The position numbers and the translations under genes were made by a program. The notes under the pieces were generated by a model. It saw only the letters and a program-made list of their open reading frames with translations, was not told where the DNA came from and did no database searches. A DNA stretch of 63,924 nucleotides, counting the filler, from Phoronis australis (taxonomy: Eukaryota; Animalia; Phoronida), in NCBI GenBank assembly GCA_002633005.1. It is 5 parts of 5 records of this genome, joined end to end, with 100 filler letters (N's around TTAATTAATTAA, not from the genome) between each part and the next. Parts side by side here need not be neighbours in the genome. Positions count along the whole stretch, not along the records: positions 60,421 to 63,924 come from NMRA01002983.1; 4 more parts are not named here. One strand, 5' to 3'. How positions within the stretch are numbered: position 1 is the stretch's first letter; each line of letters starts with the position of its first letter. Of this stretch, positions 62,330 through 63,924 are shown piece after piece.

Positions 62330-63590
62330 CATGCTAGTGAGTTTATCTTTAACAATATGGATCAGGGGAGGCTTACTGGTGTTGTCTTTGTTGACATTAA
62401 GAAAGCCTTTGACACTGTGGACCATGGTATCCTAGTACAGATAACGAACTCCTTTGGTTTAAAAACTACTTATACGACCGTAAACAGGCCACCAAATACG
62501 GTGGAATCGTTTCTGATTACTCTACCGTAATCACGGGTGTACCTCAGGGTTCCATTCTGGGCCTCTATTGTTCACTATTTTTGTTAACGAACTCCCTACT
62601 GTCCTCCACAACAGTGTCCCAGTTTTATGTACTGATGACACTGCAATTATGTCCACAGCTGGATCAGTAAAAGAACCCGAAACTTCTCTCAACGATGAGC
62701 TAGCCCTTATCCATGACTGGCTGATTCAAAATAAACTCATTCTTAACGTTAGTAAAACCAAGTCGATGCTTTTGGGAACTCAGCAGAAATTAAAACAACA
62801 AAAACTGTCCCTTTCTCTCAATGGTTACCATTCTATTATTCAGCCTCATATTGATTGTTTACCGGTTTGGGGGCATACCAGTGACACTCTTGTCAGCAAA
62901 GTCCAAGTAATCCAAAATAGAGCAGCCAGGGCTATCCTGGGTACTAGAATTTGGGACACCAAGGTCGATGACTTGTATTCCAAGCTGGGATTTATGAAAG
63001 TGAAACAAAGAAATAAATATCTCTCTGCCTGTTGTATGTACAGATGTATCAATGGCTTGGCTCCAGCGTACCTCAGCCGAAAATTCAATTGCAGTCAAGC
63101 TGTATATTCTACACGCTCTTCTGTTGCTGGAAATGTTTCTTTAAAAAAAAAATTAAAACCGAGACCGGCAAGAGATCTTTTGTCTATGCTGCTGCTACTA
63201 TATGGAATTCTCTTAGCCCAGAAATTAAACGGTCCGACTCAATTGATATTTTCAAATGTAATATTAAAAAGTGGCTGTAATTTACCTAACCTTTTTTACC
63301 CTACCTGTCCCTACATGTCATTCTTTCCATTATCGTAAATACTCTCACTGTCATCTCTTTATTTATTTCATCTCTCTTAGTATATTTTCACCATTTTTCG
63401 TCATTTATTTATTGTTTTAATTCTCAACCTGTTTTAATTATATCGTTTTACGCATATTTAATTGTTGTTTTATTACTTAATTGTATTATATTACTGTTCT
63501 TTTTTTGTTGTAGAGGGCCCTCTTGGAAAGCAGTGCTATCACTGAAGAGGCCACCCTCATATTAAATATCACAATAAATAAACAAATAAA
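62330..63590 (+). mobile_element. 5'-truncated, degraded CR1/L2-group (Crack-like) LINE
   Basis: GVVFVDIKKAFDTVDHGIL, GVPQGSILG, CTDDT (YADD equivalent), LNVSKTK, QNRAARAI; T-rich 3' UTR, terminal stem-loop GAGGG..CCCTC and (AATA)-like tail. Confidence 0.88.
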
Positions 63591-63924
63591 CGAAAATGCC
63601 GTCTCAATAACACAATATAAATATGAAGTAACCCATAGATGATTTCAACCTTTTACCACCCTATTCATTCATGACCGTGGGTGAACTTGTAGTGGCGAAA
63701 TTACTATTTAGTGCGATTTATTAACTACGAAACATTGGTTTATAACTCCACAATCTCTTCGAATCATGCCATAATGTCCGATTATGTTGCTTATAATTCA
63801 TTGACAAGCATTAATCGAGCAAAGTAAAACGCGGAATAACAATGTTCTTGTAGCAACGAGAACAAATTAGTTCAAAATGCACAACAGAAACTCGCCATCT
63901 ACCTGTAGTTCATGTGCGGGCTAT

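Overview
Animal (invertebrate, probably marine bilaterian; species not determinable) genomic DNA with spliceosomal introns, not prokaryotic. The window is five separate pieces joined by artificial 100-nt linkers (44 N + TTAATTAATTAA + 44 N at 22620, 43862, 56719, 60321), so adjacency across them is not evidence of synteny. Piece 1 carries 11 minus-strand exons of an ARHGAP32/33 (PX-SH3-RhoGAP, CdGAPr-type) gene, one apparently using a GC donor. Piece 2 carries 8 plus-strand exons of an ATP11-class P4-ATPase flippase (5' part). Piece 4 carries 2 exons of a DNAH1-like axonemal dynein. The remainder is repeats: Helentron-associated (HINE/DINE-1-like) elements whose internal ~150-bp monomers each hold a CTCF-consensus motif, a Kolobok-type element with a THAP remnant, a Penelope-like element with inverted terminal repeats, Gypsy integrase and L2/Crack LINE remnants, several MITEs, and minisatellites including a 22-copy 122-bp hairpin-rich array. 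I see no clearly new protein-coding system. The best leads are the mobile CTCF-motif arrays, the hairpin array downstream of a B-box-like motif, and a gap-free intronic element shared by two unrelated genes. All alignments and coordinates were read by eye.
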